Assembly (NCBI GenBank): GCA_018402085.1
Contig: JAGYJM010000001.1
Span: 28,562-92,561 of the forward strand
Origin: Flavobacteriales bacterium
GTDB lineage: Bacteria; Bacteroidota; Bacteroidia; Flavobacteriales_D; Sanyastnellaceae
Direction of reading: 5' to 3'
DNA: 64,000 bases
Made by a program: the position numbers and the translations under genes
Notes under the pieces: model-generated
What the model saw: the letters and a program-made list of their open reading frames with translations, nothing else
What the model was told of the DNA's origin: nothing
The model's database searches: none
In this document: piece by piece, positions 31,460 through 41,203 of the stretch
Numbering within the stretch: the stretch's first letter is position 1
Layout: each line of letters begins with the position of its first letter

Positions 31460-32248
31460 ATGGAAGACATATTAGACATGGGTGATAACCCTTCTGCAGG
31501 TAACAGTTATCAAGGGCCTTCACTAGAGGAGCTTGACGCCCGGGGGTACCACTTTGATTTCGGAAAGTACTTCGAAACAGGCTGGAAGGCCATGAAAGAC
31601 GACATCGGCCAGTTTATTCTCTACACCCTCGTGATGTTTATGATTCTCGGGGTGAGCTTCATTACACTTATCGGCCCCATTTTTATTGCATTCCCTCTGT
31701 TTGCGGGAAGCCTTTTATACGGACGTAAGGCGCTGCTGAAAGAAGAGCGCACCTTCAATGATTTTTTCGGAGGCTTCAAGTTTTTTGGGCCTCTTTTGGG
31801 GTACATGGGCTTGATTCTTCTGTTTGCTTTGCTGCTTGCTTTGCCCATCGGACTGGTCATGGGCATAAACCTAGCCGCATTTGAAACGCTTGACAATCCA
31901 GACGCTCTCGCTCCGGGTATGTTGGGCGCGATGCTTTCGTATCAGTTCTTGCTGTTTGTGGTGCAGATTGTAATTACAACGTTCTTATTCTTCACGGTTC
32001 CATTGATTGTGATTGGTCATCTGGGCACCATCGACGCTATTAAATGGAGCATTCGCCTTGTGCGCAAGAACTTCTGGTGGATTTTACTATTCGCTTTTGT
32101 AACAGGTATTGTGCAGCAGGCAGGCGTACTGGTTTGTTACATAGGCCTCCTCTTCACCATTCCGCTTGCGCAATGCCTGACACTTGGAGTCTACGCTGAA
32201 ATTGTGGGCCTCGATAAGAAAAATGGTGAAGAAACGCTGCTGCCTTAA
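31460..32248 (+). CDS. Integral membrane protein of unknown function
   Basis: 262 aa with several long hydrophobic segments (FILYTLVMFMILGVSFITLIGPIFIAFPLFAG, LLGYMGLILLFALLLALPIGLVMG). No motif recognised. Confidence 0.7.
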   Translation: MEDILDMGDNPSAGNSYQGPSLEELDARGYHFDFGKYFETGWKAMKDDIGQFILYTLVMFMILGVSFITLIGPIFIAFPLFAGSLLYGRKALLKEERTFNDFFGGFKFFGPLLGYMGLILLFALLLALPIGLVMGINLAAFETLDNPDALAPGMLGAMLSYQFLLFVVQIVITTFLFFTVPLIVIGHLGTIDAIKWSIRLVRKNFWWILLFAFVTGIVQQAGVLVCYIGLLFTIPLAQCLTLGVYAEIVGLDKKNGEETLLP

Positions 32249-32739
32249 TTGCCTGTAAATTCCTCTATAAAGGTGAGAACCCTTTCGGTTTCGTAGCCTT
32301 TTTGTTGCATGAATCTGATGGCTTTCTGCCTGTCGGCAGGATGCGAACAGCCTCCCATTGACGCGATCTTTTTGCTCAGCAGTGAGCGCAGGTTTTCTTC
32401 GTACAACTGGTGATCTACCTGTTCTTCGAGGGCCTTCCGGATGGTTTCATCACCTACACCTTCAGCGATGAGGTGCTGCCTGATCTTGATTTTTCCCCAG
32501 CGCTTGATGCGGATATGGCCAGACACAAAAGCTTCAGCGAAGCGCTCATCCGAAAGAAAATTTTCACGCTGTAATTCGTCGATGATTGCGTTTGCCTGTT
32601 CTGCCGAAAGGTCATATTTTTCTAGTTTTCTGCGGCACTGCGCTGTGCTTCTTTCTTGGCGCGCGCACCACATCCGCGCGCTTTCGCGCGCAAAAACAAA
32701 GGCATCATCATCTGAATAGGGGTAGACATTACTCATCAC
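32245..32739 (-). CDS. recX: Regulatory protein RecX
   Basis: 164 aa. CRRKLEKYDLSAEQANAIIDELQRENFLSDERFAEAFVSGHIRIKRWGKIKIRQHLIAEGV shows the RecX three-repeat helical pattern. Confidence 0.8.
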   Translation of the reverse strand: MMSNVYPYSDDDAFVFARESARMWCARQERSTAQCRRKLEKYDLSAEQANAIIDELQRENFLSDERFAEAFVSGHIRIKRWGKIKIRQHLIAEGVGDETIRKALEEQVDHQLYEENLRSLLSKKIASMGGCSHPADRQKAIRFMQQKGYETERVLTFIEEFTGN

Positions 32740-32882
32740 ACTAAAATCAAACGAAACACCAAAGGTATTTCGTAACTTTTACTTGAACTAAGCGTTAGCA
32801 AGGTGTGAAGTGAGAGCATTGCAAGGGCTATGCCTTTGGAATTATTACTTTTACCACCTGAACTGAATTACTGAAAGTACGG

Positions 32883-34577
32883 ATGAAAGCCGAAATCATT
32901 AAGAAGCTTGAAGAGCTTCTGAAAACAGAAGACATCACTTCCATCAAAAAGGAAGTGCGAGAGCTGCTTCAGGATTACAATGACCTGACCTCAAAAGACC
33001 GTCAGGAACAATTTGAGACCTGGACCGAGAACGACAATGACGAAGGCGCTGCCTTTGCTTACACGCCGGCGCCTGAGGATAGCGTCTTTGACGGGCACAT
33101 GGAAGCGTATCGCCAACGCATGAAAGAGCACGGTGAACGCATAGCCAAAGAGCAAAAGGCCAACCTTGAAGCTAAGCAAGCCATCCTCACCCAACTCGAA
33201 GAACTCGTTAAAACTGAAGAGAACATCGGCAAAGCGTTTTCAGTTTTCAATGAGCTTGAAGAGGAATGGAAAAAAATTGGTGACGTGCCCGGCGATAAGT
33301 TCAGAGAGGTTCAGGAGCGCCACACGCAACTCAAGAACGACTTCTATTACAACATCAATATATACAAGGAGCTCAAAGAGCATGACCTGAAGCGCAATCT
33401 TGAGAAGAAAGAGGCGCTGATTCTCAAAGCGAAGGAGCTTGAAAAGGTGACAGATATCAAAGAGCTTGAGATGCTCACCCGCTCGTATAACAAAGAATTT
33501 TTGGATGTTGGACCGTCTCCGCAAGAGAACTGGAAAGAGATCGGCGACGAATTTTTTGGGCTGATCCGAGTTGCTTTTGATCGGATTCAGGCGCACTATG
33601 ATGGTTTGCGGGAAGAGTACGAAGCAAACCTGAAAACGAAAAAAGACCTTGTGGCCAAGGTCGCAGAAATCGTAGAGCTTGACATGAACAACCACAGCAC
33701 CTGGCAAAAGAAAACGGAAGAGGTGCTGGAGCTTCAAAAAGAATGGAAAACCGTTGGCTTTGTGCCCCGGAAAGAGAGCGATGCTGTCTGGGACGAATTT
33801 CGTGCTGTATGCGACCGCTTCTTTGAGCAGAAACAAGCCTTCTACGACCAGCGCAAAGCCCAACAGAAAGAGAATAGAGCTAAAAAAGAGGCCCTGTGCA
33901 TCAAGGCGGAAGAGCTGCAGGAGAGTACAGACTGGAAACAGACCACAGACTCCTTGATCGCCTTGCAAAAAGAGTGGAAGATGGTTGGCGGCGCTCATCA
34001 GAGCGACGAACGCAAACTTTGGGATCGTTTCCGCAAGGCGTGTGATCAGTTCTTTGAGTCAAAGAAAGGACACTTTGCCGGCATGGACGAGCGCCAGGAG
34101 ACAAACCAGAAAGCAAAGGAGGCACTGATCGGAGAGATCGAGGCTTTTGAACTCACCGGAAATCGATCGTCTGACCTCGAGCAGCTGCGTGATTTCCAGC
34201 AAAAGTGGACGGGCATTGGCTTTGTGCCGAGAAAGGTGCTTAAGGAAATGAATCAACGTTACTACAACGCTATCGACTCAAAGTACGACGCGCTTAAGGC
34301 TAACCGAATGGAGCGGAGTGTTGACCAGTACAAGGATCGGCTCGAGAACCTGAAAGACAAATCAGACGGTGATCAGGCGCTGCGTCGCGAACGGAGGCTA
34401 TTGCTTGATAAAATTGAGCGCCTGAATCAGCGGGTCATCCAGTACGAGAACAATATGAATTTCTTCACGGGTCCGGGTGCCGCAGACCTTAAGAAAGATT
34501 TCGATAAAAAGATTCGTTCAGCAAAAGAGGAGATTACGGAAATCAGAAAGAAACTGAAGCTTTTCAACGAGGTCTGA
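32883..34577 (+). CDS. DUF349 domain-containing protein
   Basis: 564 aa, highly charged. Repeated unit W..IG.VP......W..F....D.FF occurs at least 5 times (e.g. EWKKIGDVPGDKFREVQERH, EWKTVGFVPRKESDAVWDEFRAVCDRFF, KWTGIGFVPRKVLKEMNQRYY). Confidence 0.8.
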   Translation: MKAEIIKKLEELLKTEDITSIKKEVRELLQDYNDLTSKDRQEQFETWTENDNDEGAAFAYTPAPEDSVFDGHMEAYRQRMKEHGERIAKEQKANLEAKQAILTQLEELVKTEENIGKAFSVFNELEEEWKKIGDVPGDKFREVQERHTQLKNDFYYNINIYKELKEHDLKRNLEKKEALILKAKELEKVTDIKELEMLTRSYNKEFLDVGPSPQENWKEIGDEFFGLIRVAFDRIQAHYDGLREEYEANLKTKKDLVAKVAEIVELDMNNHSTWQKKTEEVLELQKEWKTVGFVPRKESDAVWDEFRAVCDRFFEQKQAFYDQRKAQQKENRAKKEALCIKAEELQESTDWKQTTDSLIALQKEWKMVGGAHQSDERKLWDRFRKACDQFFESKKGHFAGMDERQETNQKAKEALIGEIEAFELTGNRSSDLEQLRDFQQKWTGIGFVPRKVLKEMNQRYYNAIDSKYDALKANRMERSVDQYKDRLENLKDKSDGDQALRRERRLLLDKIERLNQRVIQYENNMNFFTGPGAADLKKDFDKKIRSAKEEITEIRKKLKLFNEV

Positions 34578-34584
34578 TCAAGAT

Positions 34585-36762
34585 TCAGAGTTTGAACGCG
34601 GGGTCTTCTTCATTGATGATCATTTCTTCGAGCTCTGCTGTGGGGTCGGGGAGAGTAAAAGTGAATCGTGCTCCCTTTCCTTCTTCACCATAAGCTTCAA
34701 TTCTACCGCCATGGCGGTTGACAATGCGCTGCACGATCGCCAATCCGACTCCGGTACCTTCAAACTCTTCGTTGTTATGAAGTCTTTGGAACACCCCGAA
34801 AACTTTGTCTACATAAGTCATGTCGAAACCCACCCCATTATCTTCTACCACATATTCAACATAGGGAGTTTTTGCTGTTGAACGAATGGATATCACCGCC
34901 TGTTCTTCGTTCGCGGTGAACTTCACGGCGTTCCAGATGAAGTTGATAAACACCTGCCGCAACATGCTGTGATCGCCTTTACAAGCAAGCAGTTCTTCTT
35001 TCTTCCAGACTATTTCGCGGTCGGGCGCCATTCCTGATAACTCCGCAATGACTTCATCTACCAATGCGTTGATGTCGGTTTCTTCAAAGCTGATGCGCTT
35101 TCGACCCATTCTGGAGAAATCGAGAAGATCTTGAATGAGTTGTGACATTTCGCTGGCTCCCCGCGTAATGACGTTGAGGTAATGTTGCCCCTGGTCGTCA
35201 AGTTTGTTCACATATTCAGAAGCGAGCACACTTGAGAAACCACTGATGGCACGTAACGGTGCACGAAGGTCGTGTGATACGGAATAAGAGAACGATTCGA
35301 GTTCTCGAATCGCCTGCTTCATTTTAAAAGTGCGATCATCTACCCGTTGTTCGAGTTCTTCATTGAGGTTTTCGAGTTCTTTCCGGGCTTCAAAGGTTGA
35401 AATTGCTGACCCTATATTGCCTGCGAGGTTCATGAGACCCGAGAATATGTACTCTTCTGTATCTGTTTTTTGATCATAGCCCAGAATCACCACACCTTTC
35501 ACTTCAAGATCAGCCATCATCGGAGCGACAATGGTGTGCTGTACCTCATGACGATCCATTAACATGGCCACGATGCCCTCAGCTCCCTGACGGAATAACT
35601 CAATAGGCTGGCCACTTCTGATTGCAGCAATGACTTCATTTACGCCTTCTTGAGAAGCAAGGGCACTTAACTCGCCGCGGTAGGCTTGATCTGCAGCGTC
35701 CCAGAAACCGGCCAGGTGATACCATTTCTCATTCTCCTTATCGGTGAACAAGAATACGCCCAGCTTGTCAGCATTCAGTGCCGGCCCTACGAGTGCCAGT
35801 GACTGGTTTACCTGCTCGCGAATGTCGCCGCTGGCCATCAGGGTTCGGGTCGCCTTTGCCACAGACTCCATTAACACAGACTGCCGAAAGACTCGCTCTT
35901 CATTCTTTTTAATCTCGGTTACGTCCTCGGTCGATATGAGCAAACGATAGAAACCGGCATCGCTGCCAAGAAAACGCCACCTCTTCAGGGTGTGAATGAG
36001 ATGTCCTTCAATATTGTAAAAGGGCAATTCGAAAACCAGTTCCTCATGGCTTTCCCAGATGGCTTTAATGATGGCTCTGAAATACCGGACTGAATCCTGG
36101 GTGTATAATTGACGATACGATGAAATAAACTCTTCAAAGCTCGCGCATCCGTACAATGAAAGGGCCTCGGGGTTTAGGTCAAGTACTTTAAGTTTATTTC
36201 GCAATTCGAGCACCTCGTCTACTGATTCGGGAAAAAGATCAGCAAGGTTCTTACCCTCCTCGCGTGCCAGCATCACATACTGGCGTAGTTCCGTATAGTC
36301 GTACTCAGCAATAGCAATGCCCACTGATTCAAAGATGGTGCGATTGCGTCGCTCTGACCGCTCCAACTCTTCCTGGTATTTTTTACGTTCAATAGAATAG
36401 ATGATGGTTTTCTCGATGAGATTCACATCCACATCGCCCTTCATGAGGTAGTCTTGAGCCCCCTGTTTAACGATCTTCAACGCAGTGTCTTTGTCTGCCA
36501 AACCACTAAGAATCACAATGGGCGCCGTTGCAATGGCTCTTACCTTATAAAAGGTTTCTTCACCGAAACCATCCGGAAGAAAAAGATCCAGAAAGATGAT
36601 GTCAAACTCATCTTCTTCAATAGACTTTAGCGCACTCTGAAGATCTTCTGCATAATCAATCTGAACGAAAAAATCTTTGATTTGCCCCAGAACCTCCCTG
36701 ATAATCAGGAAGTCCTGAAGGTTGTCTTCTACGACAAGAATGCGAGTTTTTATCTGATTCAT
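34585..36762 (-). CDS. Hybrid sensor histidine kinase: N-terminal receiver, PAS-like, GAF-like, HisKA and HATPase_c domains. No TM segment seen.
   Basis: REC: RILVVEDNLQDFLIIREVL...DIIFLDLFLPDGFG. H-box: FSYSVSHDLRAPLRAISGF. ATPase: DNGVGFD...GTGVGLAIVQRIVNRHGG. Start trimmed to the ATG at 36762 (MNQIKTRILVVEDN), giving an ATGA overlap with the upstream gene. Confidence 0.9.
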   Translation of the reverse strand: MNQIKTRILVVEDNLQDFLIIREVLGQIKDFFVQIDYAEDLQSALKSIEEDEFDIIFLDLFLPDGFGEETFYKVRAIATAPIVILSGLADKDTALKIVKQGAQDYLMKGDVDVNLIEKTIIYSIERKKYQEELERSERRNRTIFESVGIAIAEYDYTELRQYVMLAREEGKNLADLFPESVDEVLELRNKLKVLDLNPEALSLYGCASFEEFISSYRQLYTQDSVRYFRAIIKAIWESHEELVFELPFYNIEGHLIHTLKRWRFLGSDAGFYRLLISTEDVTEIKKNEERVFRQSVLMESVAKATRTLMASGDIREQVNQSLALVGPALNADKLGVFLFTDKENEKWYHLAGFWDAADQAYRGELSALASQEGVNEVIAAIRSGQPIELFRQGAEGIVAMLMDRHEVQHTIVAPMMADLEVKGVVILGYDQKTDTEEYIFSGLMNLAGNIGSAISTFEARKELENLNEELEQRVDDRTFKMKQAIRELESFSYSVSHDLRAPLRAISGFSSVLASEYVNKLDDQGQHYLNVITRGASEMSQLIQDLLDFSRMGRKRISFEETDINALVDEVIAELSGMAPDREIVWKKEELLACKGDHSMLRQVFINFIWNAVKFTANEEQAVISIRSTAKTPYVEYVVEDNGVGFDMTYVDKVFGVFQRLHNNEEFEGTGVGLAIVQRIVNRHGGRIEAYGEEGKGARFTFTLPDPTAELEEMIINEEDPAFKL

Positions 36763-37502
36763 TGTTCTTCCGGCATCAACCGGAAGGTAATAACTGTGCC
36801 TTGATTTTCCACAGATGAGACCCACAGGTTACCACCGTGCCGTTGTGTAATAGCTTTAGCAATGGCTAAACCTGAGCCAATGCGGTCACTTGAACGGTCT
36901 ACTGTATGGAAGAGCTCGGTCACTTTATCGAGGTATACATCCCGTATGCCAGAGCCGTTATCACGGATGTGGTATAGGGAGCCGTTTTCATCTTCTTCTC
37001 CGGAAATTTCGATCTCAAGTGAGCGATCAGGAGCTGCGTTTTCAAAAGCATTTTGAATAATGATTCGGAAGAGCTGCATAAGTTGCCGGGGTGCAGCCTT
37101 ACAATCAGGAAGCTGCTTACGTATGATGGTAGCACCGCTCGCCTTCATATCACTGCTATACATTCGGATGACATCACTGACAAAGTCATTCATGACGATG
37201 GGTTCAAAAGGCTCCGTGCTGCGTCCAACCCGTGAAAGCTCTACCAAAGCGTAGATCATCTTTTTCATGCGGTCGGCATTTTCGATGGCCAGATCGAGGT
37301 ATTGCCGCCCTTCTTCATCAAGATCAGCACCAATACGATTGTCAAGCAACTTGACAAACGAGGTAACCATCCGTAGCGGCTCTTGCAGATCGTGTGAAAC
37401 AGCATAAAGGAAGCGTTCGTATTCGCCTTCCGGAGTTTTCATTGCCGGGGTGTTGATTTGTGCCGGAGATGTCATTTTTCTCTTTTTATTTTGCTCAGAC
37501 AT
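36759..37502 (-). CDS. Soluble histidine kinase (HisKA plus HATPase_c only)
   Basis: H-box FLYAVSHDLQEPLRM; DNGSGI...GSGLAIAKAITQRHGG. Start trimmed to the ATG at 37502 (MSEQNKKRK), an 8-nt overlap with the receiver gene. An alternative ATG lies at 37475. Confidence 0.85.
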   Translation of the reverse strand: MSEQNKKRKMTSPAQINTPAMKTPEGEYERFLYAVSHDLQEPLRMVTSFVKLLDNRIGADLDEEGRQYLDLAIENADRMKKMIYALVELSRVGRSTEPFEPIVMNDFVSDVIRMYSSDMKASGATIIRKQLPDCKAAPRQLMQLFRIIIQNAFENAAPDRSLEIEISGEEDENGSLYHIRDNGSGIRDVYLDKVTELFHTVDRSSDRIGSGLAIAKAITQRHGGNLWVSSVENQGTVITFRLMPEEQ

Positions 37503-37860
37503 TCTGAAGAACTTCCAGGATAATTCTCGGTAAGTCACCGATTTCAGTGCTTTTACTGACACAACGCTTGACGCCTTCAGTCAGCGCAACATTCTTGGTG
37601 TACTCGTCATCCCTGTTTGAAAGAAAGATGACCGGTACTTTAATGCGCAGAGAATTCATGAGCTTGATGAAATCAAACCCATCAATCGTAGGCATGTGAA
37701 TGTCAAGCAGAATGAGATCAATATCTGAGGTCGTCAGCACTGAAATGGCTTCTGAAGTCGTAAGGCACGTCTCTACGTCGAAATCGTGCTGATCCAGCAG
37801 CATTTTCGTCATTCGAAGTGTCACCACCTCATCATCGATCAAAAGGAGTTTTGTTTTCAT
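37495..37860 (-). CDS. Single-domain response regulator (receiver only)
   Basis: 121 aa. KLLLIDDEVVTLRMTKMLL...DLILLDIHMPTIDGFDFI...PVIFLS. Confidence 0.9.
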   Translation of the reverse strand: MKTKLLLIDDEVVTLRMTKMLLDQHDFDVETCLTTSEAISVLTTSDIDLILLDIHMPTIDGFDFIKLMNSLRIKVPVIFLSNRDDEYTKNVALTEGVKRCVSKSTEIGDLPRIILEVLQNV

Positions 37861-37948
37861 AATGCCACCCGCGAAGATAGGTGTCGAGTGAGCTTATGAA
37901 GGTCAGTCTATTGACTATACGAAGTGTAGGATAAGTCTGACACTTTGA

Positions 37949-38692
37949 CTATTCAGGCTTCTCGCGTAAAATCAACTGAAGGTCATCCGGCGTGTCAACG
38001 CCGAAAGAATCATGCCGGGTGAAGCCACAGACTATGCGCTTCCCGCGCTCAAGCCAGCGGAGCTGTTCGAGGCGTTCTGTTTGCTCAAGAATTCCGGGTT
38101 CCATATGTACAATTTCGATCAGCGTCTCGGTCTTATAGGCATATAAACCGATGTGCTTGTAGTAGTCGTGCGGGCCAAGCCAGTTTTCGATATTCTGTTC
38201 CCGGGCATAAGGGATGGGGCTGCGTGAAAAGTACAGGGCCTCATTTCGATCATTCATCACCACTTTAACTCTGTTCGGATTCAGAATGGTATCTGCGTCG
38301 TGAATCCGTTTTACGAGGGTGGCAATTTCAACATCAGGGCGTTCAATGATTGCAGAAATCTCTTGAAGTTGCTCTGGATGAATATATGGCTCATCTCCCT
38401 GGATGTTCACCACTGCATCGAAAGGTGCCTGCATTTTTTGAAGCGCCTCCAGGCATCGTTCAGTGCCGCTTTCGTGGCTCGGGAGGGTCATTAATACCTC
38501 CCCGCCGAATGCTGAAACGTGGTCATAAATGCGCGGGTCGTCAGTGGCAACAACCACTGCCGCGAACACCTCAGACGAGACGGCCCGCTCATACACCCTG
38601 CGAATCATACTCTTGCCGTGAATCTCAGCCAGCGGTTTCCCGGGAAAACGGCTGGAAGCGTAGCGGGCCGGTATGACGCCAAGAATTCTCAT
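37949..38692 (-). CDS. kdsB: 3-deoxy-manno-octulosonate cytidylyltransferase (CMP-KDO synthetase)
   Basis: MRILGVIPARYASSRFPGKPLAEIHGKSMI...NIQGDEP. 247 aa. TAATG overlap with the upstream receptor gene. Confidence 0.92.
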   Translation of the reverse strand: MRILGVIPARYASSRFPGKPLAEIHGKSMIRRVYERAVSSEVFAAVVVATDDPRIYDHVSAFGGEVLMTLPSHESGTERCLEALQKMQAPFDAVVNIQGDEPYIHPEQLQEISAIIERPDVEIATLVKRIHDADTILNPNRVKVVMNDRNEALYFSRSPIPYAREQNIENWLGPHDYYKHIGLYAYKTETLIEIVHMEPGILEQTERLEQLRWLERGKRIVCGFTRHDSFGVDTPDDLQLILREKPE

Positions 38693-41112
38693 TAGAAATT
38701 CACCGAGTACTGGATGGTGGTCAGACGAGGCGCCTCAACGGCGAGCGGACGAATGGCGTACTCCCGGTTGTTCAGGTTCCAGATCACCAGCGACACTCTG
38801 TGTTGCGGCGTAATGTAGTATCCGGCCCGCAAGTCTATGATATGCACCGGAGTGTTTCGGTTGTCCATCCAATCGGCAAGGCCCCAGTTTACGTCTACGA
38901 GATTGTCAGGCAGCTGTTCGACGTCGAGAAAGGCCTGGTCAATATTTTCAATCGGACTGTTAAAGCGGTAGCTCAACCCGAACATAAACTTCTCTGTCTT
39001 GATCTCAGCGTCTGCCCGAATCAGGTGTTGCATTCGGTACTTCAAAATGTCATTGTTGCTGTTAAATGATGTTGAAGTATAGGAGTAGTTATTTACCGGT
39101 GCTGCGGCTGATGAAGCATAAACGAGGTCAGGGGTCAGACTGCGCGGAAGTGTGTAGGTGTACCCCGCAAGAAGACTCAATTCGATTCCTTCACGAAGCT
39201 CCCCCGTGCCGAGTACAGATATCTCTGCCCCGCTGACGCTGGCACGTCCCGTATTGACACTCCGAAACCCCAGCCCAAGTAAATTATCGAATGTAGGGTT
39301 CGGATCCCACTGTCCGAAAGTAAATTCAATGAAGTTGTCAAATTCCTGATAGAAAGCGGCGAGGTCAAGGAATCCTTTAAACTCTCCGATTTTAAAGCCT
39401 TGCTTGAATCCAATTTCTGTATTGAATGAGTTCTCCGGCTGCAGCTCACCATTAGGAAAGATCACCAGCGGACCAATGGCCGTTTGTATGAACTTCTCGG
39501 CAATAGACGGGAATCGGTAACCTTGTCCGTAACTTCCCCGAAAGTAGGTCGCTTCAGCCGCCTGGTAATTAACGCCGGTGCGGAAGACAGGGCGGGAGTC
39601 GTTTTCTCCGTTGATTTCGAAATACTCGTATCGAACTCCCGCCGAAACGGTCAGTCGTTCTTTGAAAGTTTTGTCAAGTTGCAGAAATGCCGCATAATTG
39701 GCTGCGTAATTGTCACCTTCGTCGTTGTCACCGGCGTACAATTCAGAAACGCCGGTTGTTTGCTGGGTCATGACCCCGAAGGTAGACTTGAAATCTTTGA
39801 TCCCATACCGCTCGTAATTCTGCTGGTACAGGTACTGGGCGAAGTACACATCTGAGAAGTTCCCCTGGTCGTTGTCGTTGTCGTTGTCGAGATTCTGCCA
39901 ACGTCCGCGCAGACTGTGGCTGCTTCCATTTTCTGTGTAGTACTCCACAAAAGGGTCAACGGATGCGATGAACTGCTCTGTGCGGGTTGCCGCGCCACTG
40001 AATGCCTGGTATAGGCCACTGTCAGCATTCTCCCACACCAGAGTAGCAAGTCCGTCACCCACTAGCCAGTTAGAATTGACCCCAAAAGAGAGCCCCTTAT
40101 ATTTCTTGCTTCGGTACCGTGTGTTAAAATTGAATCGCGCTCGGGTTTCCGCACCATAACGATTCACATCAAAAGGATTGAAACGGCTTGAGGCTGTATC
40201 TGCGGGATTTCCCAAACTATCGGAAGAAATAATGGGCCCGAGGTGCCCGTCATCTGCAAGAAAGTTACCCCCGAAAACGAGGTCAAACTGGCCAATGCGG
40301 CGAGAATGCAAAAACTGAAAACCAGTTTTGATAGGCTGGCCTTCCCAGTACTTTGCTTCTCTAGTTTGTGGATCGCTGTAGGCACCTACGAACGCCGTGA
40401 TCTTAGTCTGCGGTTTTTCTTTTGGATATGCTGTGCGCAGGTTGATGACCCCACTTAGAGCGGCACTTCCGTAGAGCACACTTGACGCACCCTTAATCAC
40501 CTCTACCTGTTCTACATTCTCAATAGGTAAGAAGCCCCATGAAGGCCTCCCCGCGTCACCGCTCAGAATAGGAAGGTCATCCATCAAGACCATCACACGA
40601 CTGCCAGCCCCAAAAGAATACCCGCTACCTGAGCGAATCTGAGGTTCATTGTCTACAATGCTGACCCCGGGTGTTTGCTGTAGCACCTCATCAAGCTGTG
40701 TCGTATTTCTATTCTCGATCACATTCGGCTTAAGCACTTCCATCGAGACCGTAACCTCACCAAGGTCTTGTTCAAACTTTCCGGCACTCACCACCACAAT
40801 GTCGATGTCTAAGCTCACACTCTGCAAAATCACATCCATGGTCTGGGTTTCGCCTTCTTTCAGGGTAAGCTGCTTGCTTTGCTTTTCATAACCTACGAAT
40901 GAAAATGTAAGCTTATGCGTTCCCGGGGAGAGTTCAAGAGTGTAGCGTCCGGTCATATCTGTAGCGGCCCCGGTACCGTCAGCCGTGACAACCGAAACGA
41001 AAGGAATCGGTTCTTTGGTTTCCTTATCGGTAATGACCCCTGTTACCGAGGCCTGCTGGGCCAGAGTGTAAAATCCGGATAGAAAGCAGAGGAAGGTGAG
41101 AATAAAGCGCAT
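38692..41112 (-). CDS. TonB-dependent receptor with an N-terminal carboxypeptidase-regulatory-like domain
   Basis: Signal peptide, then VTGVITDKETKEPIPFVSVV...GRYTLELSPGTHKLTFSFVGYE. Plug region: LDEVLQQTPGVSIV...VMVLMDDLPI...IENVEQVEVIKGASSVLYGSAALSGVINL. C-terminal aromatic residue (NF). Confidence 0.9.
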   Translation of the reverse strand: MRFILTFLCFLSGFYTLAQQASVTGVITDKETKEPIPFVSVVTADGTGAATDMTGRYTLELSPGTHKLTFSFVGYEKQSKQLTLKEGETQTMDVILQSVSLDIDIVVVSAGKFEQDLGEVTVSMEVLKPNVIENRNTTQLDEVLQQTPGVSIVDNEPQIRSGSGYSFGAGSRVMVLMDDLPILSGDAGRPSWGFLPIENVEQVEVIKGASSVLYGSAALSGVINLRTAYPKEKPQTKITAFVGAYSDPQTREAKYWEGQPIKTGFQFLHSRRIGQFDLVFGGNFLADDGHLGPIISSDSLGNPADTASSRFNPFDVNRYGAETRARFNFNTRYRSKKYKGLSFGVNSNWLVGDGLATLVWENADSGLYQAFSGAATRTEQFIASVDPFVEYYTENGSSHSLRGRWQNLDNDNDNDQGNFSDVYFAQYLYQQNYERYGIKDFKSTFGVMTQQTTGVSELYAGDNDEGDNYAANYAAFLQLDKTFKERLTVSAGVRYEYFEINGENDSRPVFRTGVNYQAAEATYFRGSYGQGYRFPSIAEKFIQTAIGPLVIFPNGELQPENSFNTEIGFKQGFKIGEFKGFLDLAAFYQEFDNFIEFTFGQWDPNPTFDNLLGLGFRSVNTGRASVSGAEISVLGTGELREGIELSLLAGYTYTLPRSLTPDLVYASSAAAPVNNYSYTSTSFNSNNDILKYRMQHLIRADAEIKTEKFMFGLSYRFNSPIENIDQAFLDVEQLPDNLVDVNWGLADWMDNRNTPVHIIDLRAGYYITPQHRVSLVIWNLNNREYAIRPLAVEAPRLTTIQYSVNF

Positions 41113-41203
41113 GATGCAAGTTCAATTGTTGCACAAGTATAAAAAAAGATACCATTGGTAAAGTCTTTGCCGGGCGCAGCAAAAGCTGTATTACAATTGC
41201 AGC

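Noticed and set aside
33240-33998. 252-aa minus-strand ORF inside the DUF349 gene.
   Set aside because: It is an antisense artefact of a Glu/Lys-rich coding sequence (GAA/AAG codons read as TTC/CTT on the other strand, giving a Phe/Leu-rich peptide). The plus frame has the repeated DUF349 motif.
36763-37562. N-terminal extensions of several track ORFs (36825, 37562, 45333, 46946, 56224, 24438, 31361, 42683).
   Set aside because: In each case an internal ATG gives a canonical family N-terminus or signal peptide, and often a 4-8-nt overlap with the upstream gene. The extensions have no homology and often begin at non-ATG codons.
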